A stretch of 64,000 bases of DNA, taken from the NCBI GenBank assembly GCA_963843845.1, contig CAWJMB010000002.1, forward strand, positions 2,464,001 through 2,528,000, in the 5' to 3' direction. The stretch's first letter is position 1, and each line of letters starts with the position of its first letter. The notes under the pieces are model-generated. The model saw only the letters and a list, made by a program, of their open reading frames with translations, was not told where the DNA came from and ran no database searches. A program made the translations under genes and the position numbers. Positions 9,391-20,165 of the stretch are shown in pieces. The DNA is from an uncultured Gemmatimonadaceae bacterium (lineage in GTDB: Bacteria > Gemmatimonadota > Gemmatimonadetes > Gemmatimonadales > Gemmatimonadaceae).

Positions 9391-9431
9391 GCGCACCCTC
9401 GCTCCGCGCGCCGCGCGGAGCGAGGGTGCGC
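9391..9431. terminator. 19-bp perfect hairpin between convergent genes (probable bidirectional terminator)
   Basis: gcgcaccctcgctccgcgc-gcc-gcgcggagcgagggtgcgc; no strong U tract. Confidence 0.6.
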
Positions 9432-9435
9432 GTCG

Positions 9436-10419
<984 letters not shown>

Positions 10420-10450
10420 GGCGTCGTGTTGGAAGAGAGAGCGCATCAAG

Positions 10451-11572
10451 TTAATCGCCAGCGGCGTGCCCCCAGAGCCAGCGCACCTCCTGCAGCGCCG
10501 CCCGTCCGATCGCGTGCGCGACGAGCGCCACCGGCGACCGCCCGCCGAACGCGCCTGCGATCGCCCAGAGCGCGCGCGCCGGGAAGCGACGTCCGCGGGC
10601 GAACGCGTACACCGGGTCCCACGTCGTCGGCGCGAACTTGCCCTTGAACGCTTCCAGCCCACCGAAGTTGTAGAAGCGCCGTCCGTGGGCGCGCACGAGG
10701 GGCACGAGGGCTCGCAGCCAGACCGGGGCGTGCAGATCGGGCGGCGTCCGGCGGGCGAACGGGGCCAGGCCGAGCGTCACGTAGCGTGCTCCGTCGTCGG
10801 CCATGGCGCGCACGGCCTCGTGAAGCAGCAGCTCCATCGTCCCGTTCGTCGCGCCCCGTCCGCGCACGAACTGCTCGATCAGCCACCCCTCACGCGCGCG
10901 CACCGGCGACGCGACCACGAAGCCGACGGCCGCCCCCGCCCGCGACGCGACGAAGACGCGCCGGTCGTCGAGCCGACCGAGCGTGTCCGGCTCGACGAGG
11001 AAGTGCAGCGTCGGCAGTCCACGAGTCGCCAGCCACTCGTTCAGCACGCGTCGCAGCGCCGCGCTCTCGTGCGCTCGCGCCGGCGCCCACTCGTCGACCG
11101 CCGCGCCCTTCTTCCGCGCGCGGGCGAGCTGCGAGCGGAGCGAGGCGCGCCTGCCGAACCCGTCGAGGAACTCGCGCGGGTGCCACGCTGGCTGCACCCC
11201 GAGGGTGAGGCGCGCGTACCTCGTCCCCCCGCCCAGCAGTCCCGCCAGCCGTGCCTCGGCGCCGAAGTAGCACACCGTGTCACCTGCCGCCTCGCTCGCG
11301 CGTTCGAACTCGTCGACCACTGCCGCAAGCCGGTCGGCCGCGCACACCGGCGCGCCCGCCGTCACGCGCGTGCGGCCGCGCCGCACATAGCCCACGACCG
11401 CCTCGCCGTCGGCCGAGAACCAGTGGCGGATTCCCGGATTCACGATCTGGTACGCGGTCGCGTTCCAGCCATGCGCGAGCACGAGCCTGCGCACATGCGC
11501 CAGGGCGGGGGGCCACGGCGACGGTGGCGACGGTGGAGTCACGGCACGCAGTCCGGACCGCCTCGCGTCCAC
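10451..11572 (-). CDS. MprF/LPG-synthase C-terminal (DUF2156) aminoacyl-tRNA-dependent transferase domain, stand-alone; start uncertain
   Basis: AGAPVCA, NGTMELLLHEAVRAMADDGARYVTLGLAP, RRFYNFGGLEAFKGKFAPTTWDPVY. Confidence 0.8.
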   Translation of the reverse strand: MDARRSGLRAVTPPSPPSPWPPALAHVRRLVLAHGWNATAYQIVNPGIRHWFSADGEAVVGYVRRGRTRVTAGAPVCAADRLAAVVDEFERASEAAGDTVCYFGAEARLAGLLGGGTRYARLTLGVQPAWHPREFLDGFGRRASLRSQLARARKKGAAVDEWAPARAHESAALRRVLNEWLATRGLPTLHFLVEPDTLGRLDDRRVFVASRAGAAVGFVVASPVRAREGWLIEQFVRGRGATNGTMELLLHEAVRAMADDGARYVTLGLAPFARRTPPDLHAPVWLRALVPLVRAHGRRFYNFGGLEAFKGKFAPTTWDPVYAFARGRRFPARALWAIAGAFGGRSPVALVAHAIGRAALQEVRWLWGHAAGD

Positions 11573-11702
11573 GTCGGCACGAGCCGCATCGCCTCCGGTC
11601 TCAGGGGCACCGATTCATCGAACGAACTGCCGGAGGCATCGCCGGGTACGCGTGCACGCCATCTGCCAACCTCGCACGCGGCAGAGGCGAGGGGAAACGA
11701 AA

Positions 11703-11734
11703 CGCCCCGCCGAGCGTCTGCTCGAGGCGGGGCG
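11703..11734 (-). terminator. hairpin terminator downstream of tRNA-Ile
   Basis: cgccccgcc-gagc-gtct-gctc-ga-ggcggggcg, followed by TTTCGTTT on the minus strand. Confidence 0.7.
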
Positions 11735-11750
11735 AAGTTTCGCGGAGAAA

Positions 11751-11824
<74 letters not shown>

Positions 11825-11839
11825 GCGGTCGAGCGGCTG

Positions 11840-11868
11840 AATGTAGTGCGGGCGCCGGGACGGGTCAA
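11840..11868 (-). promoter_or_regulatory. sigma70-type promoter for tRNA-Ile
   Basis: TTGACC-N17-TACATT on the minus strand. Confidence 0.75.
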
Positions 11869-12018
11869 TGCGAATGCCGCGTTGCACATTGATCCCTTCC
11901 GGACCAACTTCCGCCGCGCTCGGATGCTGGCCGTGATCGTGACCACACGGCCGCAGCGCCTCACCTGCTCCGTCGCGTCGGACGCGATCGCGCGGGCGCG
12001 ACTTCTCTCTCGGATCGG

Positions 12019-12846
12019 ATGCCGAACGGACCACAAGCCGCACTGATCGTTCTCGCCATCGTGATTCCCGTCGTCGCGCTCGCGATCTACCTCGTCGAGC
12101 GCCGCCACGGCAAGGCGCGGCGACGTGAGGAGGTCGTTCGGCTGCCTCTCTTCGGAACGGACCAGCTGCAGATGCGAGGGCGCGGAGACACCGTCGAGGA
12201 GAACGAGGTCGACGACGTACCGCCGCCGCCGCCGCCGATGCAGCGGCCAACGCGACGCTCGGAACCGGTCGTGCCGCAGCTGTCGGCGCCACCCGGTGCG
12301 ACGCGAGGCGGGCCGGCTCCAGAACGCCCCGCTCCCCATCCGGAGCGGGCCACGGCCACGCAAGCTCCACTGGAACCGCGGACCCCGCCAGCGACCACCC
12401 CGCCCGTGCCGTCACCGCGGCCGGTCGCCCCGCCAGCGGCTGTGCCGGACGCTCGCTTCATCGAAGGCGAGACGCTGCGGTTCGTCATGCCCCCTGCGGA
12501 CGGAACCGTCGAGTTCCTCCCCGGACGCCTCGAAGTCGTTGCCGGCCCCGAGGCGGGGCGGGAGATTCGCTTCGCGCGGGCGCCTGGTGAGGGCGACGTC
12601 GAGGTCACCTTCGGGCGGAGCGAGGGGCCGCCGAACCGTCACATTCAGGTGCTCGCCCGGACGGTCAGTCGACGCCACGCGGTCATGACGCTGCGCGACG
12701 AGCACTGGGAGCTGACGAACCTCTCGTCGACGAATCCGCTCGTCCTGAACGGCCGGGTCTTCGCCGGCGACGAGACGGCGCCGCTGCTCGTCGAAGGGGA
12801 CCGCATCGAGATGGGAGAGGTCGCCTTCGTCTTCCACGACGGGTGA
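12019..12846 (+). CDS. membrane-anchored FHA-domain protein
   Basis: N-terminal TM, Pro-rich linker, then VTFGRS...TVSRRHAVM...LTNLSSTNPLVLNG...LVEGDRIEMGEV (FHA GR/SxxH/N motifs). Confidence 0.88.
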   Translation: MPNGPQAALIVLAIVIPVVALAIYLVERRHGKARRREEVVRLPLFGTDQLQMRGRGDTVEENEVDDVPPPPPPMQRPTRRSEPVVPQLSAPPGATRGGPAPERPAPHPERATATQAPLEPRTPPATTPPVPSPRPVAPPAAVPDARFIEGETLRFVMPPADGTVEFLPGRLEVVAGPEAGREIRFARAPGEGDVEVTFGRSEGPPNRHIQVLARTVSRRHAVMTLRDEHWELTNLSSTNPLVLNGRVFAGDETAPLLVEGDRIEMGEVAFVFHDG

Positions 12847-12868
12847 TCCTGCCCGCGAGCTTCCGACG

Positions 12869-15454
12869 ATGACGGGCATCGCGCTCGGCGGCGAGCTGGC
12901 GCAGCTCGCTGCCGACTACGAGTTCATCGGCGAGCTCGGACGCGGCGGATCGGCCGTCGTCTATCATGCGCGGGATCGCGGCCTCGGCCGTGACGTCGCC
13001 ATCAAGGTCGTGCATCCGCGACCGCAGGCGCCCGGGGATGACGCGGTGGCGCGCCTCGCCCGTGAGGCGCGGACGGTTGCGCAGCTGCAGCACCCGAACA
13101 TCGTCACCGTGTTCGCCGTGCGCAGCCTGTCGGGGGGCGGACTCGCGCTCGTGATGCAGCTCGTTCCCGGGCAGACGCTCAAGGCGCTCGTCCAGTCGGG
13201 CGGCCCGCTCCCCGTCGACCGGTGCGAGCACGTGTTGCGCGACGTCGCCTCGGCGCTCGCCTACGCGCACGCGCGCGGGATCGTGCACCGCGACGTGAAG
13301 CCGGAGAACATCTTCGTCGACGAGCAGAGCGGCCGCGCGCTGCTCTCCGATTTCGGGATCGCTCGCTCCGAGGAGCACGACTCGTTGACGATGACCGGGA
13401 CGGCGATCGGCACGCCGTTCTACATGTCGCCGGAGCAGATCGACAACGTCGCGATCGACGGCCGCTCCGACCTCTACAGCCTCGGCCTCGTCGCGTGGGA
13501 GATGCTGACGGGGCGCCGGCCATGGGACGGCGAGAGCCTGTACAACGTCATCTACAAGCAGAAGCACGAAGAGCTGCCGCCGATCGAGGCACTGCGACCC
13601 GGCGTGCCGCCGAGGCTGCAATACCTCGTCGAGCGCATGCTGCAGAAGACGCCTGGTGCCCGGTGGGCCGGCGCCGACGCCCTGCTCGCGCAGCTCTCGC
13701 ACACGATCCTCCCCGGCGACTACAGCCGCTGGCAGGGAACGCTGCGCAAGCGCGTCGAGCGATTCCACGCCGCGGAGAAGGAGCGCGCGCGCGCCGCGGC
13801 CGCCACGCCGGCGAACGACGACGCACACGAGCGCGGCCTGCTCGCGTCGACGATGCGCTTCGTGCGCGGCGCGACGATTCCCTCGCGCATTTCGGTCCGG
13901 CCCTCGGGGGGAACCCACCCCAAAGGCGCGCCGGCACTCGCGAACACGATGCGCCTCCCGGCGAACGCCGCGATCGAGTCGCTGGAGCCCGCGCAGTCAC
14001 CGCCGCTGCCGCTGGCCGTCGTCGAGCCGCTGCCGAACGCGGTGCAGACTCCCGTTGGTGAGTCGCCACGCCCTCGACGACCGCCACGCCGCCCGCGCGA
14101 CACGGTCGCACCGAGTTGGGACCGCTCGCGGTCGCTCGTCCACGGTCGCGGCCCCTCGATCGCGATCGGGACCGTGTTGGTCGCAGCCGTCGTCACGCTC
14201 GTCGCCACGCCGTGGGGTCGCACGCTGCGCGAATCGTGGGCGTCGCGCCTGCTCACGGAGACGCCAGCCGCATCGCTCGATCCAGACGCGCGCGAAGCTG
14301 CTCGGGCGGCGGCGAGCTTCCCGGTGCCGTTCAGTGCGGGGGCGGCAGCTGTCGCCCCTACGACGCTCGCACTCGGCTCGCGCCACAGCTGTTCGATCGG
14401 GTTCGACGGTCGTGTGCGCTGCTGGGGCGGAAACGATCGGGGACAACTCGGCGACGGAACGACGGTCGGACGGCTCACGCCGGTCCCGCTCGCAGCTCAG
14501 CTCACCTTCGCCACGATGGCGGCGAACGGCGCGCAGAGCTGTGGAGTGACGCGCACGGGCGACGCCTACTGCTGGGGTGACGACACCTACGGCCAACTCG
14601 GTGACGCGACGACGATTCGACGGACGGCACCGGTCCGCGTCGCCGGTCCGGGGGTCTATCGCAGCATCGCCGTCGGCGCCTCACACGCGTGCGCGGTGAC
14701 GGGCAGCAACACGATCGACTGCTGGGGCGCCAACGCGCGCGGCCAGCTCGGCGACAGCAGCATTCGCGCGCGGAGCGTCCCGGCAGGCATCAAGGCGCCG
14801 GAGGCGCTGCGCTTCGTGCAGGTCGTCGCCGGCGATGCGCACAGTTGTGGTCTCGGCACCGACGGCCGCGCGTACTGTTGGGGTGGGGACGACCGAGGGC
14901 AGCTCGGGACCGGTGGTGTCGGCGGCGATCGCCGCGTGGCGACCCCGGTCGCGACGGACGTCCGGTTTCGCCTTCTCGCTGCAGGCGCGCGACATACCTG
15001 CGGACTCACCGGCGAGGGTACGCTGTGGTGCTGGGGGGCGAACGAACGCCACCAGCTCGGAAGAGCGACGCAGGCGATCGCCCCCAGCCCGATCGCCGTG
15101 CCGCTCCCCTCAGTCGCGACGGCCGTCGTCACGGGCACGCAGCACACGTGCGCCTTGGACACTGCCGGCGACGCCTACTGCTGGGGAGCGAATGCCGCCG
15201 GACAGCTCGGCATCGGCCCATCGGTCGGCGACGTGACGACGCCGAGGCGCGTGGTCCTGCCGCAACCCCTGACCGCGATCGGAGCGGGTGCCCGCCACAC
15301 GTGCGGTGTGAGCGCCAACGACCCGGCCCTGTGCTGGGGCGAGAACGGCGACGGGCAGCTCGGCGACGCGACGCGGCAGCGTCGGCTGACGCCCGTGGCC
15401 GTCGGCCGTCCGGTCGTCGGGAGCGCGATCGTGAACGGGACACCCCGCCCGTAG
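12869..15454 (+). CDS. Hanks-type Ser/Thr protein kinase with TM and RCC1/BLIP-II repeat beta-propeller
   Basis: GRGGSAVVY, VAIK, HRDVKPEN, DFG, GTPFYMSPEQ; TM IAIGTVLVAAVVTLVA; seven HxC...CWGxNxxGQLG-type repeats. Confidence 0.92.
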   Translation: MTGIALGGELAQLAADYEFIGELGRGGSAVVYHARDRGLGRDVAIKVVHPRPQAPGDDAVARLAREARTVAQLQHPNIVTVFAVRSLSGGGLALVMQLVPGQTLKALVQSGGPLPVDRCEHVLRDVASALAYAHARGIVHRDVKPENIFVDEQSGRALLSDFGIARSEEHDSLTMTGTAIGTPFYMSPEQIDNVAIDGRSDLYSLGLVAWEMLTGRRPWDGESLYNVIYKQKHEELPPIEALRPGVPPRLQYLVERMLQKTPGARWAGADALLAQLSHTILPGDYSRWQGTLRKRVERFHAAEKERARAAAATPANDDAHERGLLASTMRFVRGATIPSRISVRPSGGTHPKGAPALANTMRLPANAAIESLEPAQSPPLPLAVVEPLPNAVQTPVGESPRPRRPPRRPRDTVAPSWDRSRSLVHGRGPSIAIGTVLVAAVVTLVATPWGRTLRESWASRLLTETPAASLDPDAREAARAAASFPVPFSAGAAAVAPTTLALGSRHSCSIGFDGRVRCWGGNDRGQLGDGTTVGRLTPVPLAAQLTFATMAANGAQSCGVTRTGDAYCWGDDTYGQLGDATTIRRTAPVRVAGPGVYRSIAVGASHACAVTGSNTIDCWGANARGQLGDSSIRARSVPAGIKAPEALRFVQVVAGDAHSCGLGTDGRAYCWGGDDRGQLGTGGVGGDRRVATPVATDVRFRLLAAGARHTCGLTGEGTLWCWGANERHQLGRATQAIAPSPIAVPLPSVATAVVTGTQHTCALDTAGDAYCWGANAAGQLGIGPSVGDVTTPRRVVLPQPLTAIGAGARHTCGVSANDPALCWGENGDGQLGDATRQRRLTPVAVGRPVVGSAIVNGTPRP

Positions 15455-15511
15455 CGCCGCTCGCGCAGCGGAGGACGACGCCCGAGTCGCGCCACGCGGA
15501 TGACCGCGGAA

Positions 15512-15557
15512 ACGCAGACACCCCGCTCTCGGCAAGCCGAGAGCGGGGTGTCTGCGT
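15512..15557 (-). terminator. 21-bp perfect hairpin ending the 16S transcript (may also terminate the convergent kinase gene)
   Basis: acgcagacaccccgctctcgg-caag-ccgagagcggggtgtctgcgt, about 85 nt past the 16S 3' end. Confidence 0.8.
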
Positions 15558-15640
15558 CTGAGTGACGATCGAGAGAGCTATCGTGCGATGGCGCGACTTC
15601 CGAGTGGTTTCGTCCCCGAGGGGGCTACTCCCGACTCCGG

Positions 15641-17182
<1,542 letters not shown>

Positions 17183-17293
17183 ATTGATTAGCTCTGCCCG
17201 AACGCGGTATCCACCAAACGCGGAAACCGCGTCCGGAATCACATCGTGTTCTTGACCTTTCCCCGCTGCCCACGAGAACAGCGGATCAATAAG

Positions 17294-17324
17294 GGCCATC
17301 GCACGAATGCTCTCTCGATTGTCA
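17294..17324 (-). other. 16S leader arm of the processing stem (pairs with trailer 15563-15592)
   Basis: Leader TGACAATCGAGAGAGCATTCGTGCGATGGC is nearly complementary to trailer GCCATCGCACGATAGCTCTCTCGATCGTCA. Confidence 0.8.
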
Positions 17325-17355
17325 ATCAGCGCCCCCGTGCTGCTGGGGAATCGTA

Positions 17356-17383
17356 AGTATAGCTAGCCGAGACCGAATCTCAA
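17356..17383 (-). promoter_or_regulatory. sigma70-type rRNA promoter
   Basis: TTGAGA-N16-TATACT on the minus strand; the 16-bp spacer matches enterobacterial rrn P1 promoters. Confidence 0.7.
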
Positions 17384-17422
17384 GGGGCAAATGCGCGGAA
17401 TTGCACGCATCCGCCAGATCGA

Positions 17423-17731
17423 TCACTCGTCGTCGTAGCTGTCTTCGTCGAGGTCATCCAGCTCCTCGTCGTCGAGCTCGTCCTCGTCGTCATCCTCGTC
17501 GTCGTCGTCCTCGTCGTCGTCGAGATCGTCGTCGTCATCCTCGTCATCATCATCGTCGTCGAGATCGTCGACGTCGTCGAACTCGTCATCGAGATCGTCG
17601 TCGCCATCGACGTCGATGTCATCCCCGCCGTCAGGATCGTCGTCATCATCCCGCCGCGGCGAGAGCGTCAGCGGCTCGAGCTGCTCCTCCTCGGCGCGAT
17701 CCGCCCACGACATCCCGAACTTGTCCGACAT
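17423..17731 (-). CDS. small hyperacidic (Asp/Glu-rich) disordered protein, 102 aa
   Basis: ATG 17731 preceded by GAGG; MSDKFGMSWADRAEEEQLEPLTLSPRR followed by a 75-residue D/E tract with mixed GAC/GAT/GAG codons. Confidence 0.65.
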   Translation of the reverse strand: MSDKFGMSWADRAEEEQLEPLTLSPRRDDDDDPDGGDDIDVDGDDDLDDEFDDVDDLDDDDDDEDDDDDLDDDEDDDDEDDDEDELDDEELDDLDEDSYDDE

Positions 17732-17827
17732 ACCAGAGCCTCGCTTACAGGGGTCGAATGAAAGGTCAAGAACCTGCACGGGCGGTGCGCAGAAAGCGAG
17801 CCGCGACGAGCCTCGTCACGAGACCGA

Positions 17828-19672
17828 TCACGAGACCGATGCGCGCTCCCGCTCACGCTTCGCCTCGCGCGCGATCCGCTTGCGATCGCTCTCGCTCAAC
17901 AGCCGCTTCCGCAGTCGGATGCTCTGCGGCGTGACCTCGATCAGCTCGTCGTCCTCGATATACTCAAGAGCGCTTTCGAGGGTCAACACCCGCGGCGGCT
18001 CGAGCTGCACGTTCTCATCGCTCGACTTCGTGCGGATGTTCGTCAGCTTCTTCTCCTTGCTCGGATTGACGTCCATGTCCCCCGGGCGCGAGTTCTCGCC
18101 GACGATCATCCCCTCGTACACGGCGTCGCCCGGCGACACGAAGAGCGTCGCGCGCTCCTGCAACGTCGTCAGCGCGAACGCGACGACGACGCCATTCTCC
18201 ATCGACACCAGCACGCCGCGCGAGCGCCCGGCCAGCGCACCGGCCCATGCGCCGTACTCCAGGAAGCGGTGGTGAATGATCCCCGTTCCCCGCGTGTCCG
18301 TCAGAAACTCCGAGCGATAGCCGAACAGCCCACGCGACGGAATGCGGTAGAGCAGTCGCACGAGCCCCTGCCCCGGATTCTTCATCTCGATCATCTCGGC
18401 GCGTCGCTGCCCGAGCTTCTCCATCACGGCCCCGAGGTAGTCCTCGGGGACGTCGATCGAGAGCTCTTCGTACGGCTCGAGGCGCTCGCCACTCAGCCCG
18501 GTCTTCGTGATGACGCGCGGGCGCGAGACCTGGAACTCGTACCCCTCGCGTCGCATCGTCTCCATCAGGATGGAGAGATGCAGCTCGCCACGCCCCGACA
18601 CCGTCCACGCGTCGGTGCTGTCGGTGTCCTCGACGCGGAGCGCGACGTTGCGCTCGAGCTCCTTGTACAGCCGCTCGCGGAGCTGACGCGAGGTGACGAA
18701 CTTGCCGTCCTTCCCTGAGAACGGCGAGTTGTTGACGACGAAGTCGACGGAGATCGTCGGTTCCTCGACGGAGATGCCGGCGAGCCGTTCCGGGTGCTCG
18801 ATGTCGGTCACCGTGAGGCCGATCTCCACGCCTTCGAGCCCGGCGAGCGACACGATCTCTCCCGCCGAGGCGCTCTGGATCTCGGCGCGCTCGAGCCCCT
18901 CGATGCCGAACAGCTTCGTCACGCGTCCGCGCTCCATCGGCCGCGTCGTTTCGAGCGGCAGCAGCGCGACCGCGTCCCCGACGTGAATGGCGCCGCGCTC
19001 GATGCGTCCGATCGCGAGCCGGCCGAGGTACGGCGAGTAGTCGATCGTCGACACCAGCATCTGGAACGGCCCGTCCGCGTCGCTCGGCGGCGGCGGGACG
19101 TGCTTCACGATCGTGTCGAACAGGGGCGAGAGATCCTGCAGCGGCTGATCGAGATCCATCGTCGACGTGCCATCCCGCGCCGAGGCGTAGACGACCGGCG
19201 CGTCGAGCTGCGCCTCGTCCGCCTCGAGCTCGATGAACAGCGACAGCACTTCGTCGTGCACACGCAACGGATCGGCGCCGGGGCGATCGATCTTGTTGAT
19301 GACGATGATCGGCGTGCGGCCCAGGGCGAGTGCCTTGCGCAGCACGAAGCGCGTCTGCGGCATCGGCCCATCGAAGGCATCCACGACGAGGAGCACGCCG
19401 TCGACCATGCGGAGGATGCGCTCGACTTCGCCGCCGAAATCCGCGTGCCCCGGCGTGTCGACGATGTTGACCTTCACGCCCTTCCAGTGGATGGACGTGT
19501 TCTTGGCGAGGATCGTGATGCCCCGCTCGCGCTCGAGCGGGTTCGAGTCCATCACGCGCTCCTGCACCACCTGGTTCTCGCGAAAGGCTCCGGCCTGGCG
19601 AAGCATCTTGTCGACGAGCGTGGTCTTGCCGTGATCGACGTGCGCGATGATGGCGATGTTCCGAATTTCCAT
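17828..19672 (-). CDS. typA: translational GTPase TypA/BipA
   Basis: [65 protein letters not shown]. Confidence 0.98.
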   Translation of the reverse strand: MEIRNIAIIAHVDHGKTTLVDKMLRQAGAFRENQVVQERVMDSNPLERERGITILAKNTSIHWKGVKVNIVDTPGHADFGGEVERILRMVDGVLLVVDAFDGPMPQTRFVLRKALALGRTPIIVINKIDRPGADPLRVHDEVLSLFIELEADEAQLDAPVVYASARDGTSTMDLDQPLQDLSPLFDTIVKHVPPPPSDADGPFQMLVSTIDYSPYLGRLAIGRIERGAIHVGDAVALLPLETTRPMERGRVTKLFGIEGLERAEIQSASAGEIVSLAGLEGVEIGLTVTDIEHPERLAGISVEEPTISVDFVVNNSPFSGKDGKFVTSRQLRERLYKELERNVALRVEDTDSTDAWTVSGRGELHLSILMETMRREGYEFQVSRPRVITKTGLSGERLEPYEELSIDVPEDYLGAVMEKLGQRRAEMIEMKNPGQGLVRLLYRIPSRGLFGYRSEFLTDTRGTGIIHHRFLEYGAWAGALAGRSRGVLVSMENGVVVAFALTTLQERATLFVSPGDAVYEGMIVGENSRPGDMDVNPSKEKKLTNIRTKSSDENVQLEPPRVLTLESALEYIEDDELIEVTPQSIRLRKRLLSESDRKRIAREAKRERERASVS

Positions 19673-19849
19673 AGCCTAGCAATATATCGAAGCCGGGCGA
19701 ATCGCTGCAAGTCTATGCATGCTCGTTACTTACGCCCATGGCTGTCACCCGGAACGGCCGAGGGCGCCGAGTCGTCGAGGGGCGTGGCGTCTTGCGGCAC
19801 AGGGAGTGCGGGCCGATCTTGGTCCACACACGCTCTTCGGAGGATCAGC

Positions 19850-20062
19850 ATGGAGCAGCGCGATCAGCAGTCCGAGCACGACTCCTACCCGATCGGCCGC
19901 GGTTATGGCCACGACTACATGCGCGGCGGCGAAGTCTTCGGCGGCTACGGGTACAGCGAACGCGAAGAATACGAGCGCCGACGGGGCGAACGCGGATCGG
20001 ACAGCGGTGAGCGCAGGCGAGCGAACGACGGCGCGAGCGACACCGACACGGTGACCTCGTAA
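19850..20062 (+). CDS. small hydrophilic G/R/Y/E-rich protein, 70 aa
   Basis: GGAGG Shine-Dalgarno 6 nt before ATG 19850; MEQRDQQSEHDSYPIGRGYGHDYMRGGEVFGGYGYSERE... Confidence 0.6.
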   Translation: MEQRDQQSEHDSYPIGRGYGHDYMRGGEVFGGYGYSEREEYERRRGERGSDSGERRRANDGASDTDTVTS

Positions 20063-20165
20063 TCAGCGATCGATCGTCATGTGGCGCGACGAAGGGGGCG
20101 GCAGCGAACCAACAGTTCGCGCCGCCCCCTTCGACGTTTTCGCCCGGGCCTCGCTCGCGACTCGC

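Noticed and set aside
7750..9400. Prophage remnant around the Rad52-like and LysM genes
   Set aside because: No integrase, structural, terminase or lysis genes, no compositional shift and no att-like repeats were seen.
14370..15400. Repeated TGCTGGGG...CAGCTCGG DNA motifs as a repeat array
   Set aside because: They encode the CWG...GQLG units of the kinase RCC1 propeller.
17423..17650. (TCG/TCA)n tract as a CRISPR array or microsatellite
   Set aside because: There is no repeat-spacer structure; it is the codon pattern of a poly-Asp/Glu tract. No cas genes occur in the window.
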